From: an uncultured Methanoregulaceae archaeon
GTDB lineage: Archaea; Halobacteriota; Methanomicrobia; Methanomicrobiales; Methanospirillaceae
Length of the DNA stretch: 64,000 nucleotides
Assembly (NCBI GenBank): GCA_963717525.1
Contig: OY970343.1
Span: 1,376,001 to 1,440,000, forward strand
Direction: 5' to 3'
The position numbers and the translations under genes were made by a program. This document shows positions 33,113-45,218 of this stretch, in pieces (position 1 is the stretch's first letter; the number at the start of each line of letters is the position of its first letter). The notes under the pieces were generated by a model. The model was given only the letters and a program-made list of their open reading frames with translations. It made no database searches and was not told where the DNA came from.

Positions 33113-34390
33113 ATGGCATCTGAGAAGCCCCATATGAATCTGGCTGTCATCGGACACATCGACCACGGAAAGTCAACCACCGTCGGGCGAATGATGTTCG
33201 AGACTGGTGCAGTACCTGCACATATTATCGAAGCCTACCGCAAGGAGGCTGAATCGAAAGGTAAGGCGACTTTTGAATTTGCATGGGTCATGGATAACCT
33301 CAAGGAAGAGCGTGAGAGAGGTATCACCATTGATATTGCGCACAAGCGGTTCGACACACCCAAGTACTACTTCACAGTCGTAGATTGCCCGGGACACAGA
33401 GACTTCGTCAAGAACATGATCACCGGCGCGTCACAGGCCGATGCCGCAATCCTTGTCGTGGCAGCACCCGACGGTGTCATGGAACAGACCAAGGAACACG
33501 TATTCCTTGCCCGTACCCTTGGCATTACCCAAATCATCATCGCCATCAACAAGATGGACGCAGTAAAATATGATGAGAAGCGCTACAACGAAGTCAAAAA
33601 GGATCTCTCCGACCTTATCAAAATGGTAGGGTACAAGCCGGAAGAAACCCTCTTTATCCCGGTCAGCTCGCTTCAGGGTGCCAACATCAAGGTAAACAGC
33701 CCTGAAACCCCGTGGTACAAAGGCCCTGCATTGATTACCGCTCTTGACACCTTCAAAGAGCCGTCAAAACCAACTGACAAGCCACTTCGCCTCCCGATCC
33801 AGGATGTTTACAGCATCAGCGGTATCGGAACTGTACCGGTCGGCCGGGTCGAGACCGGGATTATGAAGAAAGGCATGAAGGTTTCATTCATGCCGGCAAA
33901 CAAGGATGGAGAAATCAAGTCCATCGAGATGCACCACGAGGAAATTCCCCAGGCAGTCCCCGGTGATAACGTCGGATTTAACGTCCGCGGTATTGCAAAG
34001 GGAGACATCCGCCGCGGAGATGTCTGTGGCCCCGCCGACCAGCCCCCGACAGTAGCAGATGAGTTCACTGCACAGGTCGTCGTGCTCCAGCACCCAAGCG
34101 CAATCACGGTCGGTTATACGCCGGTCTTCCATTGCCACACCACACAGACTGCATGTACCTTTATCGAGCTCAAGAAGAAACTCGACCCGCGCTCCGGCCA
34201 GACCAAGGAAGAGAACCCCACATTCTTAAAAACCGGTGATGCGGCTATTGTCCAGATCAAGCCGACCAAACCCATGGTTATCGAGAACGTCAAGGAACTT
34301 CCGCAGCTGGGCAGGTTTGCCGTCCGTGATATGGGATCAACGATCGCTGCCGGAATGTGCATTGCGATCCAGCCGAAACAGATGAGATAA
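33113..34390 (+). CDS. tuf: Translation elongation factor EF-1 alpha
   Basis: [30 protein letters not shown]. Confidence 0.98.
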   Translation: MASEKPHMNLAVIGHIDHGKSTTVGRMMFETGAVPAHIIEAYRKEAESKGKATFEFAWVMDNLKEERERGITIDIAHKRFDTPKYYFTVVDCPGHRDFVKNMITGASQADAAILVVAAPDGVMEQTKEHVFLARTLGITQIIIAINKMDAVKYDEKRYNEVKKDLSDLIKMVGYKPEETLFIPVSSLQGANIKVNSPETPWYKGPALITALDTFKEPSKPTDKPLRLPIQDVYSISGIGTVPVGRVETGIMKKGMKVSFMPANKDGEIKSIEMHHEEIPQAVPGDNVGFNVRGIAKGDIRRGDVCGPADQPPTVADEFTAQVVVLQHPSAITVGYTPVFHCHTTQTACTFIELKKKLDPRSGQTKEENPTFLKTGDAAIVQIKPTKPMVIENVKELPQLGRFAVRDMGSTIAAGMCIAIQPKQMR

Positions 34391-34408
34391 TATTTTTTGG
34401 TGATAGTG

Positions 34409-34717
34409 ATGCAAAAAGCCAGAATTCGCCTGACAGGAACAGATTTCAACAAAGTAGAAACGGTCTGTGACAGGATCCGCGAGATAGCCGAACGCACAGG
34501 AGTAAATCTGGCTGGACCCATCCCACTCCCGACAAAAAGGCTTGTTGTGCCCATCCGCAAAAGCCCCGACGGGGAGGGAACCGCAACTTTTGATCGCTGG
34601 CAGATGCGTGTGCACAAGAGACTGATTGATATTGATGCAGATGAGCGTGCACTCCGCCAGCTGATGCGGATTCAGGTGCCAAAAGATATCGGAATAGAAA
34701 TTGTACTGGAAAGTTGA
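34409..34717 (+). CDS. rps10: 30S ribosomal protein uS10
   Basis: [25 protein letters not shown]. Confidence 0.97.
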   Translation: MQKARIRLTGTDFNKVETVCDRIREIAERTGVNLAGPIPLPTKRLVVPIRKSPDGEGTATFDRWQMRVHKRLIDIDADERALRQLMRIQVPKDIGIEIVLES

Positions 34718-36360
34718 AGGTGCGGCACGTGGAGAAGGCCGCTTTCTTTTCCGATAAAATAAAGAAAATTTTTACTTTCGAGAGAGTTTTTCTTTTAATT
34801 TTTCTGGTTGCCATTATCCTCCGATTCTGGCACCTTGATCTCAAATTATTCCATCACGACGAAGCCATCCATTCCTGGTTTTCCTTTACCCTCCTGACAA
34901 AAGGTACCTGGGTCTACGATCCCAGTTATCATGGCCCGTTCCTTTACTATGTCACCGCCGGGATGTTCTCGCTCTTTGGCGCCTCAGACCTGGTTGCACG
35001 CCTGCTTCCCGCATTGTTCGGCACCATGCTTATCCCGCTGGTGTACTGCATCCACCGCCTTGGGTATATCACCAAAACGCAGACGCTGGTGGTCGCGCTG
35101 TTCCTTGCCATCTCCCCTGACATGGTATACTTCTCCCGGTTCCTCCGTCATGACATTTTCATGCTTTTCTTCACGATGCTCCTTCTTGTTGCCCTGCTCT
35201 ATTACTTCGAGCGGGGGCAGCTGCGGTACGTGATCATCGCAGCATTGGCAGCAGGCGGGGCACTGTGCTGCAAGGAAGAGATGCCATTCATCCTGTTGAT
35301 CTTTATCTCATTTTTCGGGTTTGCCATCTGGAGAAAAAGGATCAGCCTGCCCCCGCAATGGAAAAATGATCTCATTATCGGAGTGTTGATTATTATAGGG
35401 GTTATGGTCGCCCTCTATTCGGCATTCGGGATGCATCCGGAAACCCTGATCGGGCAGAATTTCCAGATAAATACCACCGGATGGTACCAGGCCGTTGATC
35501 ACTGGGTTTCCATGTCTGACGAACAGCGTCTTGGAGGCCCCTTCTATTTCTATATCCCCCTGTACCTGCTGTACGAAGTACCGATCTTCCTTCTGGCCAT
35601 CGTTGGGACACTCCAGTTCATAGCCACAGATGCCAGCCTGATCCTTGCCGGTAAACGCCTGAAGAACTGGCTGACAACGAAACGTTTCGCACTTTCGACA
35701 GCGGATCTTGCAGCAACAAGCCTGAACCAGCTCAAAACAGCAAAATCTGGCTCGGAAAAATCTGACCTTTTCTTCCAGCTCTGTATCTACTGGATGATCC
35801 TGACGATGGCATTTTACGGTTATGTCGGAGAAAAGGTGCCGTGGCTTATCATTCACCAGCTGCTCCCGATGTGTTTTGTTGCCGTGTACAAACTGAACTG
35901 GCAGAAGGTTGCATTTGCCCTCATTGGATGCCTGTTTTTGGCCCTGATGACATGGCATGTCGCATTCATTCCCGCAGACATCAATGAACCGATTGTCCAG
36001 GTCCAGAACTCAGAGGATCTCAGAACAGTCATGGGTATCATAGATAATTCGAGTAATGTCGTCCTTGCATCGCAGGATTACTGGCCGTTACCGTGGTATT
36101 ACCGGGGTGATTTGTGGGATAAGTTCACCTTCTACGGCCAGAAGGAAGATATTGCGACACTTACAGCGGAGCATCCGGACACGATCATCCTCCACGATAC
36201 CGAAAGTTATGATTCAATACCGGGGTATAGTAAACAGACCTACAAACTGGATTACTGGTTCTCATACTATGATAACGAGAACCGGCTGCCGGATTATTAT
36301 TTCCACCGGGATGGGACCATGGGGAGTATCAATCTCGATCTGTTCACCCTGCAGCACTAA
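34714..36360 (+). CDS. GT-C-like membrane protein (Agl23 / TIGR03663-like)
   Basis: [36 protein letters not shown]. Confidence 0.75.
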   Translation: MKVRHVEKAAFFSDKIKKIFTFERVFLLIFLVAIILRFWHLDLKLFHHDEAIHSWFSFTLLTKGTWVYDPSYHGPFLYYVTAGMFSLFGASDLVARLLPALFGTMLIPLVYCIHRLGYITKTQTLVVALFLAISPDMVYFSRFLRHDIFMLFFTMLLLVALLYYFERGQLRYVIIAALAAGGALCCKEEMPFILLIFISFFGFAIWRKRISLPPQWKNDLIIGVLIIIGVMVALYSAFGMHPETLIGQNFQINTTGWYQAVDHWVSMSDEQRLGGPFYFYIPLYLLYEVPIFLLAIVGTLQFIATDASLILAGKRLKNWLTTKRFALSTADLAATSLNQLKTAKSGSEKSDLFFQLCIYWMILTMAFYGYVGEKVPWLIIHQLLPMCFVAVYKLNWQKVAFALIGCLFLALMTWHVAFIPADINEPIVQVQNSEDLRTVMGIIDNSSNVVLASQDYWPLPWYYRGDLWDKFTFYGQKEDIATLTAEHPDTIILHDTESYDSIPGYSKQTYKLDYWFSYYDNENRLPDYYFHRDGTMGSINLDLFTLQH

Positions 36361-36846
36361 ATATCTTTTTTGCTCCGGGGAAATCTGATGTAATCAGATA
36401 AAACAACGAATAAAGATCTCATGCCCTCTTTTTATCGCAATTTTTTTGTTCAAACCTGGGGCTATCATTACAATATCCTTGCCCCGAGATATCGGATGTT
36501 TGTCCAGGCAGCGCAGAAATGCCAGAGTATTAACCCAGATTGCATCATCCCGCACATCCAATCGAAAAATATCCGCCAAAAAATACTTTCGTGCCTGATT
36601 CTCAAAAATTATCTGGAAACCGGCACTAACGGGACTTCATGGGAGATGCCGGAGACATGGATCCGGACCCCGAAATCATGTCGTGGTGAAAATATCTTTG
36701 TGCTACTGGAAAATCAGTGGTGCTCCTCCAAAGGATATCCTGACGATCAGAAAAAGGGAACTGCCAAAGGATGGGGATGTAATGAGCCTGATGTTTGCTA
36801 TTTTCGTCCCTGATGAAGTTTTTCCATGTAAAAAAATATGATAAAC

Positions 36847-37998
36847 TTATCCGAGCTCATCCCATCGAGAGCGTTTACGGTATATGATGATACCGACGAT
36901 AATTAACACGACAGCTACCACACCAACGACGATGACTAAGACACTGGAACTGAAGATTGAGCCGACCGAGCCAAGCCCTGCAAAGGGATTCCATGTTGCT
37001 TCTACTGCAGCCTGAAATGTGAGTGCATCATTGTAGGACTGATTTGCTTCCGTATATGCCTGCTCGGCTTTTGAACGGGCCGATGCATAGTTGCCATTGG
37101 TCACGAAATCGTTTGCTGACGATATATAACTCACTGCAATTTCCCGCTCGGTGATAACCGTCGACAATCGCGGATCGTTTGCAGTACTTGAATTGCCCTG
37201 GAAATACGCGATAAGGGCATCGACATTATTTACCGGTCCCTGAGCAGTAGCGATCTCAGATTCTGCCCATGCCTTATCGAGGAGAGTCTCGCCATTCGTA
37301 ATTGATGTTGTAGCAGTGGTGATAGCATTTAACGCATCGGTATACGAACTCGATGGTAACGCCTGGGCTTGGGTGATCTGACTCTGGGCAGTATTGTATT
37401 GTGCTTCTGCCGCAGAGGTATCAATACCCAGTGCAGATTTTTCATCGATGTCCGTCTTCAGCTGACTGAGCTGGGTATTTGCATTTGAGATCGCTGTGGT
37501 AATATCATTGGTATTGACCACCATGGCGGTCTGGGTATAGGGTGTCCCAATCTGATTGCCGTTGGAATCATCCTCGTAAATCTGGACTAACGTCTGGTTT
37601 GATGTCTGCGTTACCGTGGGAGCAACCCCGGACAACGTTACACCGATCGAAACATCATCGCTGGATTTATAGGTCAGTAAAAAACCGCTGATGGTAAGCG
37701 TCTTTGACTGAGACTGTGTCGGTGCAGTCGGGTTTCCATTCACGTAAATAATATACGACCATTGTGGTGATCCCAATTGAGTATACATTACAAGATCGTT
37801 TGTCGTCGATTGCCCGCTGGGCTCCTGTACGGTATATGAAAGATCTACTGTGGTCCCGGGAGTCAGTGCCCCGCTACTCGGGTTTATCGCCATTGAATTC
37901 ACTGTATACGCTACAGAGACTGCCGGTACGATGAGTGCCAACAGTGCCACAATCAAGATTAACCGTTTCAATCCCTTTCCCTTCATCATCAACCTCAC
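36847..37998 (-). CDS. Secreted/membrane-anchored hypothetical protein (beta-rich N domain, helical stalk, C-terminal TM)
   Basis: Signal peptide; C-terminal TM followed by RKRSRWDELG; overlaps cetZ stop. Confidence 0.7.
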   Translation of the reverse strand: MRLMMKGKGLKRLILIVALLALIVPAVSVAYTVNSMAINPSSGALTPGTTVDLSYTVQEPSGQSTTNDLVMYTQLGSPQWSYIIYVNGNPTAPTQSQSKTLTISGFLLTYKSSDDVSIGVTLSGVAPTVTQTSNQTLVQIYEDDSNGNQIGTPYTQTAMVVNTNDITTAISNANTQLSQLKTDIDEKSALGIDTSAAEAQYNTAQSQITQAQALPSSSYTDALNAITTATTSITNGETLLDKAWAESEIATAQGPVNNVDALIAYFQGNSSTANDPRLSTVITEREIAVSYISSANDFVTNGNYASARSKAEQAYTEANQSYNDALTFQAAVEATWNPFAGLGSVGSIFSSSVLVIVVGVVAVVLIIVGIIIYRKRSRWDELG

Positions 37999-39185
37999 TC
38001 GAACAGCGGTTCGATACTTTCCTCAAACATAGTTGATTTCTTATCTTTGGATTTTATAACCTCTTCTTTTGTTTCCTTTGCAATATCAAGGAGTTCCTTG
38101 ATGCGGGGTGCATTGCCGACCGTCGCAAGCATGACAACAGCGGCGACGTACTCGCTGTTTACCGGGTAATCCCCTCCTCTCACTTCAACGCCTGCAATAT
38201 TCTCTTCCACCCAGCTCTTGGCCTTTTCAACGCCTTTCCGGTCCATCTCATCCGGGGGTCCTGCGATAAGAACAAGCGCACGCTCAGCTGTTGAATAATC
38301 ACAGGGCAGCGTAAGGCGGCCGAGCATTGCTCTTCGGACAAGGGCGACAATCTTCGCTGATCTGTCCTCTCCCATAAGCACTTCCTCATTTGCCTCCTTC
38401 TTACCCCCGAAGGTATCCTTGATGTTCTCCCTGATACCCCCCAATATCCCCCGCTGCTGCTTGGTACGGGTGCTGATAACTTCACTGATGGCATAGCCCA
38501 CAGAGGTGATGCCACCCCCGCGGAGAGTGTTGATGATCTCACTTGAATCCACGACCATCTCACCAACTCCCATCCGGCTTACTTCACCTGCACGGAAGAG
38601 TATGGCAAATCTCCTGACAACCTCGTTATTGAGTCGCTGGAATGCACTCTTGACACTCTCGCCCTCGTTTTTCCACGCACTGTTATCGAAAATGAAAGTA
38701 TTATCCGCCTCGTTGACAAGCGTGGTCAAACTGCGTGCTGCGTTATATGAATAAAGCCGTCCCTCTTCCGGCGCCGGAATGATACCCAGTGCGTAGACAG
38801 GTTCCCGGTAGATCCGCTTGAGATGGCGTGCAAGCACCGGGGAGCCGCCGGAGCCCGTTCCCCCGCCAAGTCCCGCAACTATTACAAACGCATCAATATC
38901 ATGGGTTCCGCGGGAATCTACTGCATTAATGATGCTGTCTATCTCATCAGCGGTTACCCTCGCCCCCGTCACGTTATCGGTACCGACACCATGACCTTTT
39001 ACCAAGGTCTGCCCGATAAGAATGCGATCTTTCATCTCGATGTGTTTGAGGCCCATCAGGTCGGTCCGTGCGGTATTAACGGCAATACCCCGGAAACTGT
39101 TGGTCCCGAGCTTCTTGTCCTGTTCAATGAACATGTCGACAATTTTGCCCCCCGCTTGACCAAAACCAATGAAAAAGACCCGCAT
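37995..39185 (-). CDS. cetZ: Tubulin/FtsZ-family protein CetZ
   Basis: IGFGQAGGKI, GHGVG, GLGGGTGSGG, VVDSSEIINTL. Confidence 0.88.
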   Translation of the reverse strand: MRVFFIGFGQAGGKIVDMFIEQDKKLGTNSFRGIAVNTARTDLMGLKHIEMKDRILIGQTLVKGHGVGTDNVTGARVTADEIDSIINAVDSRGTHDIDAFVIVAGLGGGTGSGGSPVLARHLKRIYREPVYALGIIPAPEEGRLYSYNAARSLTTLVNEADNTFIFDNSAWKNEGESVKSAFQRLNNEVVRRFAILFRAGEVSRMGVGEMVVDSSEIINTLRGGGITSVGYAISEVISTRTKQQRGILGGIRENIKDTFGGKKEANEEVLMGEDRSAKIVALVRRAMLGRLTLPCDYSTAERALVLIAGPPDEMDRKGVEKAKSWVEENIAGVEVRGGDYPVNSEYVAAVVMLATVGNAPRIKELLDIAKETKEEVIKSKDKKSTMFEESIEPLFE

Positions 39186-39376
39186 CTGGTTACACCCTCC
39201 AATGGGCTGACGAGTTAGTATTTTCTTTTAATTCTTTTAAGTTCTTTGTTTTAAGAACTTTAAATTCAACAATACAAAAACTTTCTTACAAATATCGTCA
39301 GGTTTCGTCGCTTTTTTCAGAATGGTTACGGAGCCTTTTTCATTTGATCCCGAACAAATAATACCGGTAATACATC

Positions 39377-40603
39377 ATGAAACTCGGGATACTCGGGGGG
39401 GGTCTGTGCGGGCTTGTTGCCGCCAATGCATTGGCCGAAAAGCATGACGTTGTATTATTCGAGAAGATGCCTTACCTGGGCGGGTGTCTCTCGTCATACC
39501 ATATCGATGACTACTGGATTGAGCGATATTACCATCACTGTTTCTCCGGGGATTCCCAGTTGTTTGCCCTCATCCGGGAGCTCGGTTTGTCGGACAAACT
39601 TGAATGGAGGGAGGGAAGCACCGGTTACTTTTCAGGAGATACACTCTACCCGCTTACAACCCCCCTGGAGATCCTGCGCTGGCCTGAACTGTCGCTTATC
39701 GATAAAGCAAAACTTGCCCTGCTGACCCGCAAAGCTAAAAAAACAGATCCCCTCACGCTCGATGATATACCGGCTGAGACCTACATCCTCGAACATCTCG
39801 GTCCCCGTATCTATGCCTCGTTCTTTGAACCCCTGCTGAGAAGCAAATTCGGGAAGAACCGAAGCAAGGTGTCTGCGGCCTGGCTTATCAGCCGCATTGC
39901 GATCCGATCAAACAGGGGCGTCGGCGGAGAACATCTTGGTTATCTGAACGGTGGATTTCACCAGATTATTGACAGGCTCGAAAAATCCATCGTGAGCAAG
40001 GGGGGGAAAATCAACCTGCAGACACCAGTTACCTCACTCTCCGGAAATGGCCGATCGTGGCAGGTCAATGGCGAGAGCGTGGATGTAGTTATATCAACCA
40101 TCCCCCCGCAGGAGCTGGGAAATTTATCCGGGATTGCGATGCCGGAGATTCCCTACCAGGGAGCTGCCTGTATGACCATGGGAATCGAACGCGACGTCTG
40201 TAAAGGTGTGTACTGGACCAACATGAAAGCCGAAGGACCATACGGAGCGGTCGTGGCTCATACCAATTTCATCCCGCATGAACGATATGGTGAACATATC
40301 GTCTATTTAGCTTCCTATTTCACTGGTACCGTTCCTGCGCGGCTTGACCAGAAAATGAAGGAGGATTTCTGTTTACGGTTTGACCTCAAGGAGAATGAGA
40401 TTCACTGGAGCCGGATGACCGTCGACCCCTGGGCCGGACCGATCTACACAACCGGGTACCACTCATTGATCCCTGCGTACGAAAAACATGGCATCTATCT
40501 TGCCGGGATGTTTTCAGAGGAGAACTACCCGGAAAGAAGCATGGAAGGTTCTATCAGGGCGGGCAACCGGATTGCCGGTTGCATCCGGGAGAAGGAACAC
40601 TGA
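39377..40603 (+). CDS. FAD-dependent oxidoreductase (amine oxidase/PPOX-like)
   Basis: GGGLCG Rossmann motif, ERYYHH, YPERSMEGS. Confidence 0.85.
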   Translation: MKLGILGGGLCGLVAANALAEKHDVVLFEKMPYLGGCLSSYHIDDYWIERYYHHCFSGDSQLFALIRELGLSDKLEWREGSTGYFSGDTLYPLTTPLEILRWPELSLIDKAKLALLTRKAKKTDPLTLDDIPAETYILEHLGPRIYASFFEPLLRSKFGKNRSKVSAAWLISRIAIRSNRGVGGEHLGYLNGGFHQIIDRLEKSIVSKGGKINLQTPVTSLSGNGRSWQVNGESVDVVISTIPPQELGNLSGIAMPEIPYQGAACMTMGIERDVCKGVYWTNMKAEGPYGAVVAHTNFIPHERYGEHIVYLASYFTGTVPARLDQKMKEDFCLRFDLKENEIHWSRMTVDPWAGPIYTTGYHSLIPAYEKHGIYLAGMFSEENYPERSMEGSIRAGNRIAGCIREKEH

Positions 40604-41319
40604 TGGCAGTACCCGAAATCACTGCAATTATCCCGGTGTATAACGACCGGCCTGCACTTGAACACGCAATTCCGGAATCTCTCAGAGTACTTTCCACGAT
40701 CACGGAACATTTTGAGGTGATCGTTGCCGAAGATGGGAGTTCTGATGGAAGTGCAGAGCTTGTCCAGGAGTATGAAACAAAATCGACCTTCGTGAAACTG
40801 CTGCACTGCGACAGCCGTCAGGGAAGGGGGAAGGCCCTCAACAGGGCAATACAACAATCACAGGGCTCGATTGTCTGTTACTATGATGTTGATCTTGCGA
40901 CCGATATGCAGCACCTTCCCGAGCTCATCGACGCAATACGAAAAGGAGCGGATATTTCCACGGGATCCCGCCTTCTTCCGGAAAGTGACATCCGACGAAC
41001 TGAAGGCCGCGAAATCGCAAGCCGAACGTACAATTTCCTTGTCAGGTTGATGCTCGGCAGCAGGATCTTCGATCACCAGTGTGGATTCAAGGCGTTTAAC
41101 AAGGCAAAAATTCTCCCCGTCCTTTCCACGGTTCGATCTGATCACTGGTTCTGGGACACCGAACTCCTCGTCAGGGCACAGCTGAAAGGATATAAGGTCA
41201 CAGAATTTCCCGTCCGCTGGCGCGCGGGTAAAGGAACAACCGTCCGGATGAAGGATGTATTAGGGATGGGATTATCCATCCTGCGTCTCTGGTGGCAGAT
41301 TCATGTATCGAAAAATTAG
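40603..41319 (+). CDS. Glycosyltransferase family 2 (dolichyl-phosphate hexose synthase-like)
   Basis: IIPVYN, EDGSSDG, DVD, DHQCGFKAF, WFWDTE. Confidence 0.9.
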   Translation: MAVPEITAIIPVYNDRPALEHAIPESLRVLSTITEHFEVIVAEDGSSDGSAELVQEYETKSTFVKLLHCDSRQGRGKALNRAIQQSQGSIVCYYDVDLATDMQHLPELIDAIRKGADISTGSRLLPESDIRRTEGREIASRTYNFLVRLMLGSRIFDHQCGFKAFNKAKILPVLSTVRSDHWFWDTELLVRAQLKGYKVTEFPVRWRAGKGTTVRMKDVLGMGLSILRLWWQIHVSKN

Positions 41320-42283
41320 TGCAATCCTGATCCCCAGCCTGATAGCGGTCGGGATCATCGTCTATATGCTCTACCGTGTCTGGGACGATCTGCTCACTGC
41401 ACTCCAGCACATCGTTCCCGCCTACCTGGGAATGGCGATCATCATCTGTCTTACGGCCTGGTGGCTGCGCGGATGGCGGTACAACCGGATCCTTCTTGGC
41501 CTGAATTACCATGTCGGTATCATATTCTCCACGGCATGCGTTTTCGTGAGCCAGACCGTTAACCTCATTGTCCCGGCACGGCTGGGAGATTTTGTCAGAA
41601 TTTTTATCCTGAAACATGATTACAATGCAACCTATTCAGAGGGAATCTCATCTCTCGTGGTGGAGCGGGTCTTTGATATTGTTGCTATTGCCGTGCTTGG
41701 GGCAGCTTCCCTTTTCTTTATCCCCAACATCCCGGGTTGGCTCAATGTTTACATCTCTATCATGATCGTCATTCTCGCGATCGCAGTTGCCTTCTTTATC
41801 TTCCTGATCTTTGTGGGGGAGCTGACCACCACGAACAAGTATGTCAGGTACATCCTGACCATGCTCGATGAGATCAGGAGGGCCTCACTCTCCCTTCGGT
41901 CTATTCTGATTCTCGGGGTCTCATCCCTCATCATCTGGATGCTTGACATCCTCGTCACCTACTCGGTTGCGACGATGTTTGAACAACAGATCCCGTTTGC
42001 CGTGATCGTTCTTGCCATTGTGCTCGGGAACCTGGTCAAGGCAGTACCGATAACACCTGGCGGGATCGGGACCTACGAACTGATCGTATCGGCAACGTTT
42101 GCGATAACCGGTGTCTCACCCGGAGTGGCCTTCCTGATCGCCGTGGTCGATGACCTGATCAAGAATCTGGTCACCCTTGCCGGGGGCGTTGTCTCGATCG
42201 AATATCTCGGAGACTGGGTGATCCCGACCATCAAGTCGGCCCTCTGGTCAAAACTGGACGGAGGGGATAAACCTGACACCTGA
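41303..42283 (+). CDS. Flippase-like membrane protein (LPG-synthase TM domain)
   Basis: PARLGD, ERVFD, PITPGGIGTYE. Confidence 0.82.
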   Translation: MYRKISAILIPSLIAVGIIVYMLYRVWDDLLTALQHIVPAYLGMAIIICLTAWWLRGWRYNRILLGLNYHVGIIFSTACVFVSQTVNLIVPARLGDFVRIFILKHDYNATYSEGISSLVVERVFDIVAIAVLGAASLFFIPNIPGWLNVYISIMIVILAIAVAFFIFLIFVGELTTTNKYVRYILTMLDEIRRASLSLRSILILGVSSLIIWMLDILVTYSVATMFEQQIPFAVIVLAIVLGNLVKAVPITPGGIGTYELIVSATFAITGVSPGVAFLIAVVDDLIKNLVTLAGGVVSIEYLGDWVIPTIKSALWSKLDGGDKPDT

Positions 42284-42299
42284 GTTCCAGTTCCTGTCC

Positions 42300-44274
42300 G
42301 TGGCAAGCTGGCTGCTCGTGGTGACATTTCTACAGTTCGCGCTCTACCCGTCTCTCAAAAAATGCCTGAGACAGTATGCTTTCCCGGCCTCGTTTGCCGC
42401 ATCGCTCCTCCTCTTTACCCTCATTACCTGGTACTGCGGTCTTGCCCGTGTTCCGGTGCAGCTTGCGCTCGTGCCCTTTATCCTGCTCTTCGGGTATCAC
42501 ATTTACCGGCGTGATTACGCGTGGAGCGAGCTGAAGAAAGAGTGGCACTGGGAGCTCGATTTTTCTGATCTTCTTCTTTTTGATGCTCACGGTCAGGTTT
42601 GTCAACCCGACGATCTCCTATGCAGAAAAGTTCATGGACCACGCGTTCCTCGCATCCATCATGCGAAGCCCTGTTGTACCTCCTCTCGATCCTTGGTTTG
42701 CCGGGGGCACGATGGATGTGTACTATTACCTGGGCTACTGGATTTTTGGCTGCCTTGGTATCGTGAGCGGCGTTCCCTCGAACATTGCGTTCAATCTGTC
42801 CCTGCCGACCGTTCTTGGTGTCGCGGCGGTAACCGTCTATGCGATCGGTACGCTCCTGCTTGACCGGTTCCGCTGGCTGCCACTGCTCCTCTTCTTCATC
42901 CCCAATCCTTCGCTCTTTTACCAGCTCTTCACCGGAAGCAGTATCAGCTCTGCGCTCTGGAACAGCACCCGCACGATTACCAATACCATCAACGAGTATC
43001 CCCTTTTCTCGTTTACCTGGGGAGATCTCCACGCCCATGTCATCTCGATCTTTAACCAGGCCTTTTTGATCTTCCTGCTGATCTATGTGTACAAATACTG
43101 GGATTCTCTCGAATCGCGGGGAAGATGGCTGGTATGCGGGCTTGCTGCACTCAGCCTCGGTTCCATGCCCCTGATTAACACTTGGGATGTTCTCATCTAC
43201 GCCCCGATCACGGTCATCGTCGCAGCATTAATCATTCTGCGGGGCTGGAAACAGGGACAGGGCATGTCATCGTGGGGCCAGCTGATCGCAATTCCCCCCC
43301 TTTCTATCCTCATTTATCTGCCCTTTTACCTGATGCTCAAAACAAGCACCGGAGGGATTGGAATCGTAAAAACACCCTCCGATCCCATCCAGTTCCTGCT
43401 CGTGAACGGCTGGTTCATCGCCATCTTCCTGCTGTTCCTCATAAAAGACATCCAGGAGCGGCCGTACCTCCTGCTCATCGCGGTACCGTTTGTGCTCGCC
43501 GGGTATACGGCAGCGGCAATTGCTGCCGTCCCTCTCATCTATTTCCTTGCAAAAAAGGAGCGCAGCATCCCCGATCTTCTCGCCATCTTCGGGTTGTTGA
43601 TCCTTATCCTCGTAGAACTATTCTACCTCAAAGATAACATGGGCGACACCTATTTCCGGATGAATACGGTCTTTAAGTGTTACGTGCCCGCGTGGATTAT
43701 CCTGGGGATCAGTTCCTTTGCCATGGTGGGAACGTGGCTTGCCCGGCCGGGACGCGTGCCGGTGATGCCGGTAAGGAAAAGTGCCGCACTTGCCGTACTC
43801 GTCATTGGCTTCCTCTTTGTCGTGCCGTTCCTTGTTCCCCTTGATCTCAATTACGGGGGCCGGACGCTTGACGGACTGGCTTATCTCGATTCCTCACACC
43901 CGGGAGACGCCGGGGGTGTCGCTTATCTCAGGAACCTGACCGGGGACGAGCGCATCGTCGAGGCTGTGGGTGGGGACTATACGTATTCTTCCCGGATCTC
44001 CTCGTTCACTGGTATCCCCGGGATCCTTGGCGAGCCGTTCCACGAGTATATGTGGCGCGGGGATACCACGGGCTGGTACAGCGCCCGCCCTGCGGACGTC
44101 AGGTCCATCTATGAAAATCCCGACCAGACCGTGGCTCTCATGAAAAAATACAACGCAACCCTACTCTATGTCGGGGATCTGGAGAGGGAGACGTACAACG
44201 TAAGCCTCCCGGCCACCGGACTCGAACAGGTGTACTCCGGGCAGGGTACCGACATTTATCGTATCGCCGGGTGA
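42300..44274 (+). CDS. DUF2298-like polytopic membrane protein; apparent indel near 42558, start uncertain
   Basis: EKFMD, PPLDPWFAG, YYYLGY, TINEYP, GDLHAH, RMNTVFK. Confidence 0.75.
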
Positions 44275-44363
44275 CGCGCACCTTCTTGGATTTGTGAGAT
44301 ACCGGGCCGGAGATACCTCCATCGCTCACAAACCTTTATTTCTCCTCCTGATGAAATGATATG

Positions 44364-44425
44364 GCTGCATCACTGCTGACTGATGAGTAATGAAGGGGCA
44401 AACTGGCTCCTGAATGAGGTGAGTT
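44364..44425 (+). promoter_or_regulatory. Kink-turn-like leader of rpl7ae (candidate autoregulatory site)
   Basis: TGA-AGGGGC/GCTCCT-GA hairpin flanked by GA pairs, CTGA and TGATGA boxes, next to GAGGTGA SD. Confidence 0.5.
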
Positions 44426-44794
44426 ATGGCAAAAGGATACGTAAAAACCGAGGCTCCTGAGGAGCTCCAGAACAAGGCGCTCGAAGCCCTTGAAGTTGCA
44501 AGAGACACCGGGAAGATCAAGAAGGGTTCAAACGAGGCAACAAAAGCCATCGAACGCAGCGCTGCACTGCTTGTTTTAATCGGCGCTGATGTCGAACCCG
44601 CAGAGATCGTTATGCACCTGGCTCCGCTGTGCGATGAGAAAAAGATCCCTTACATCTTCATCAACAAACAAAACGACATCGGTGCCGCCAGTGGCCTTGA
44701 CGTCGGTTCTGCCGCTGCGGCGATCGTCAAGCCCGGCAAGGCAAAAGAAGTGATTGAGGATCTTGGGAAGCAGCTGGTTGCCTTAAAGGCATAA
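44426..44794 (+). CDS. rpl7ae: 50S ribosomal protein L7Ae
   Basis: [24 protein letters not shown]. Confidence 0.96.
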   Translation: MAKGYVKTEAPEELQNKALEALEVARDTGKIKKGSNEATKAIERSAALLVLIGADVEPAEIVMHLAPLCDEKKIPYIFINKQNDIGAASGLDVGSAAAAIVKPGKAKEVIEDLGKQLVALKA

Positions 44795-44803
44795 GGTGCG
44801 CTC

Positions 44804-45013
44804 ATGGCAGACGACGCAACGCCCGCAGAAGTCATCGAGGTTGTCGGTTCCACCGGTATGCATGGGGAAGCGATGCAGGTCAAGTGCCGGATCCTTGATG
44901 GCAATAACAAAGGTCGCATTATCACCCGCAACACGGTCGGGCCCATCCGGGAAGGAGATGTTATCATGCTCCTCGAGACCGAACGCGAGGCAAAAAAACT
45001 GTCGAGGCGGTGA
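44804..45013 (+). CDS. rps28e: 30S ribosomal protein S28e
   Basis: [20 protein letters not shown]. Confidence 0.96.
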   Translation: MADDATPAEVIEVVGSTGMHGEAMQVKCRILDGNNKGRIITRNTVGPIREGDVIMLLETEREAKKLSRR

Positions 45014-45018
45014 CCCTC

Positions 45019-45210
45019 ATGGTTGAACAGCACATCTGCAATTTCTGTGGTGCACAGCTCGAGCCGGGCACTGGCAAGATGTTCATCAAGAAAGATGGCA
45101 CGATCTTCTATTTCTGCAGCACCAAGTGCCAGAATAACCACAAACTGGGCAGGGTTCCCCGCCGGGTTGAGTGGACGGCTGCAGGACAGAAGGGTACAAA
45201 CAAGGAGTGA
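45019..45210 (+). CDS. rpl24e: 50S ribosomal protein L24e
   Basis: CNFCG..LEPGTG, FCSTKC, PRRVEWT. Confidence 0.95.
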   Translation: MVEQHICNFCGAQLEPGTGKMFIKKDGTIFYFCSTKCQNNHKLGRVPRRVEWTAAGQKGTNKE

Positions 45211-45218
45211 TCTCCCGT

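Noticed and set aside
2875..42560. Programmed frameshifting or pseudogenes in housekeeping genes
   Set aside because: No shared slippery motif and essential genes are affected; sequencing indels are simpler.
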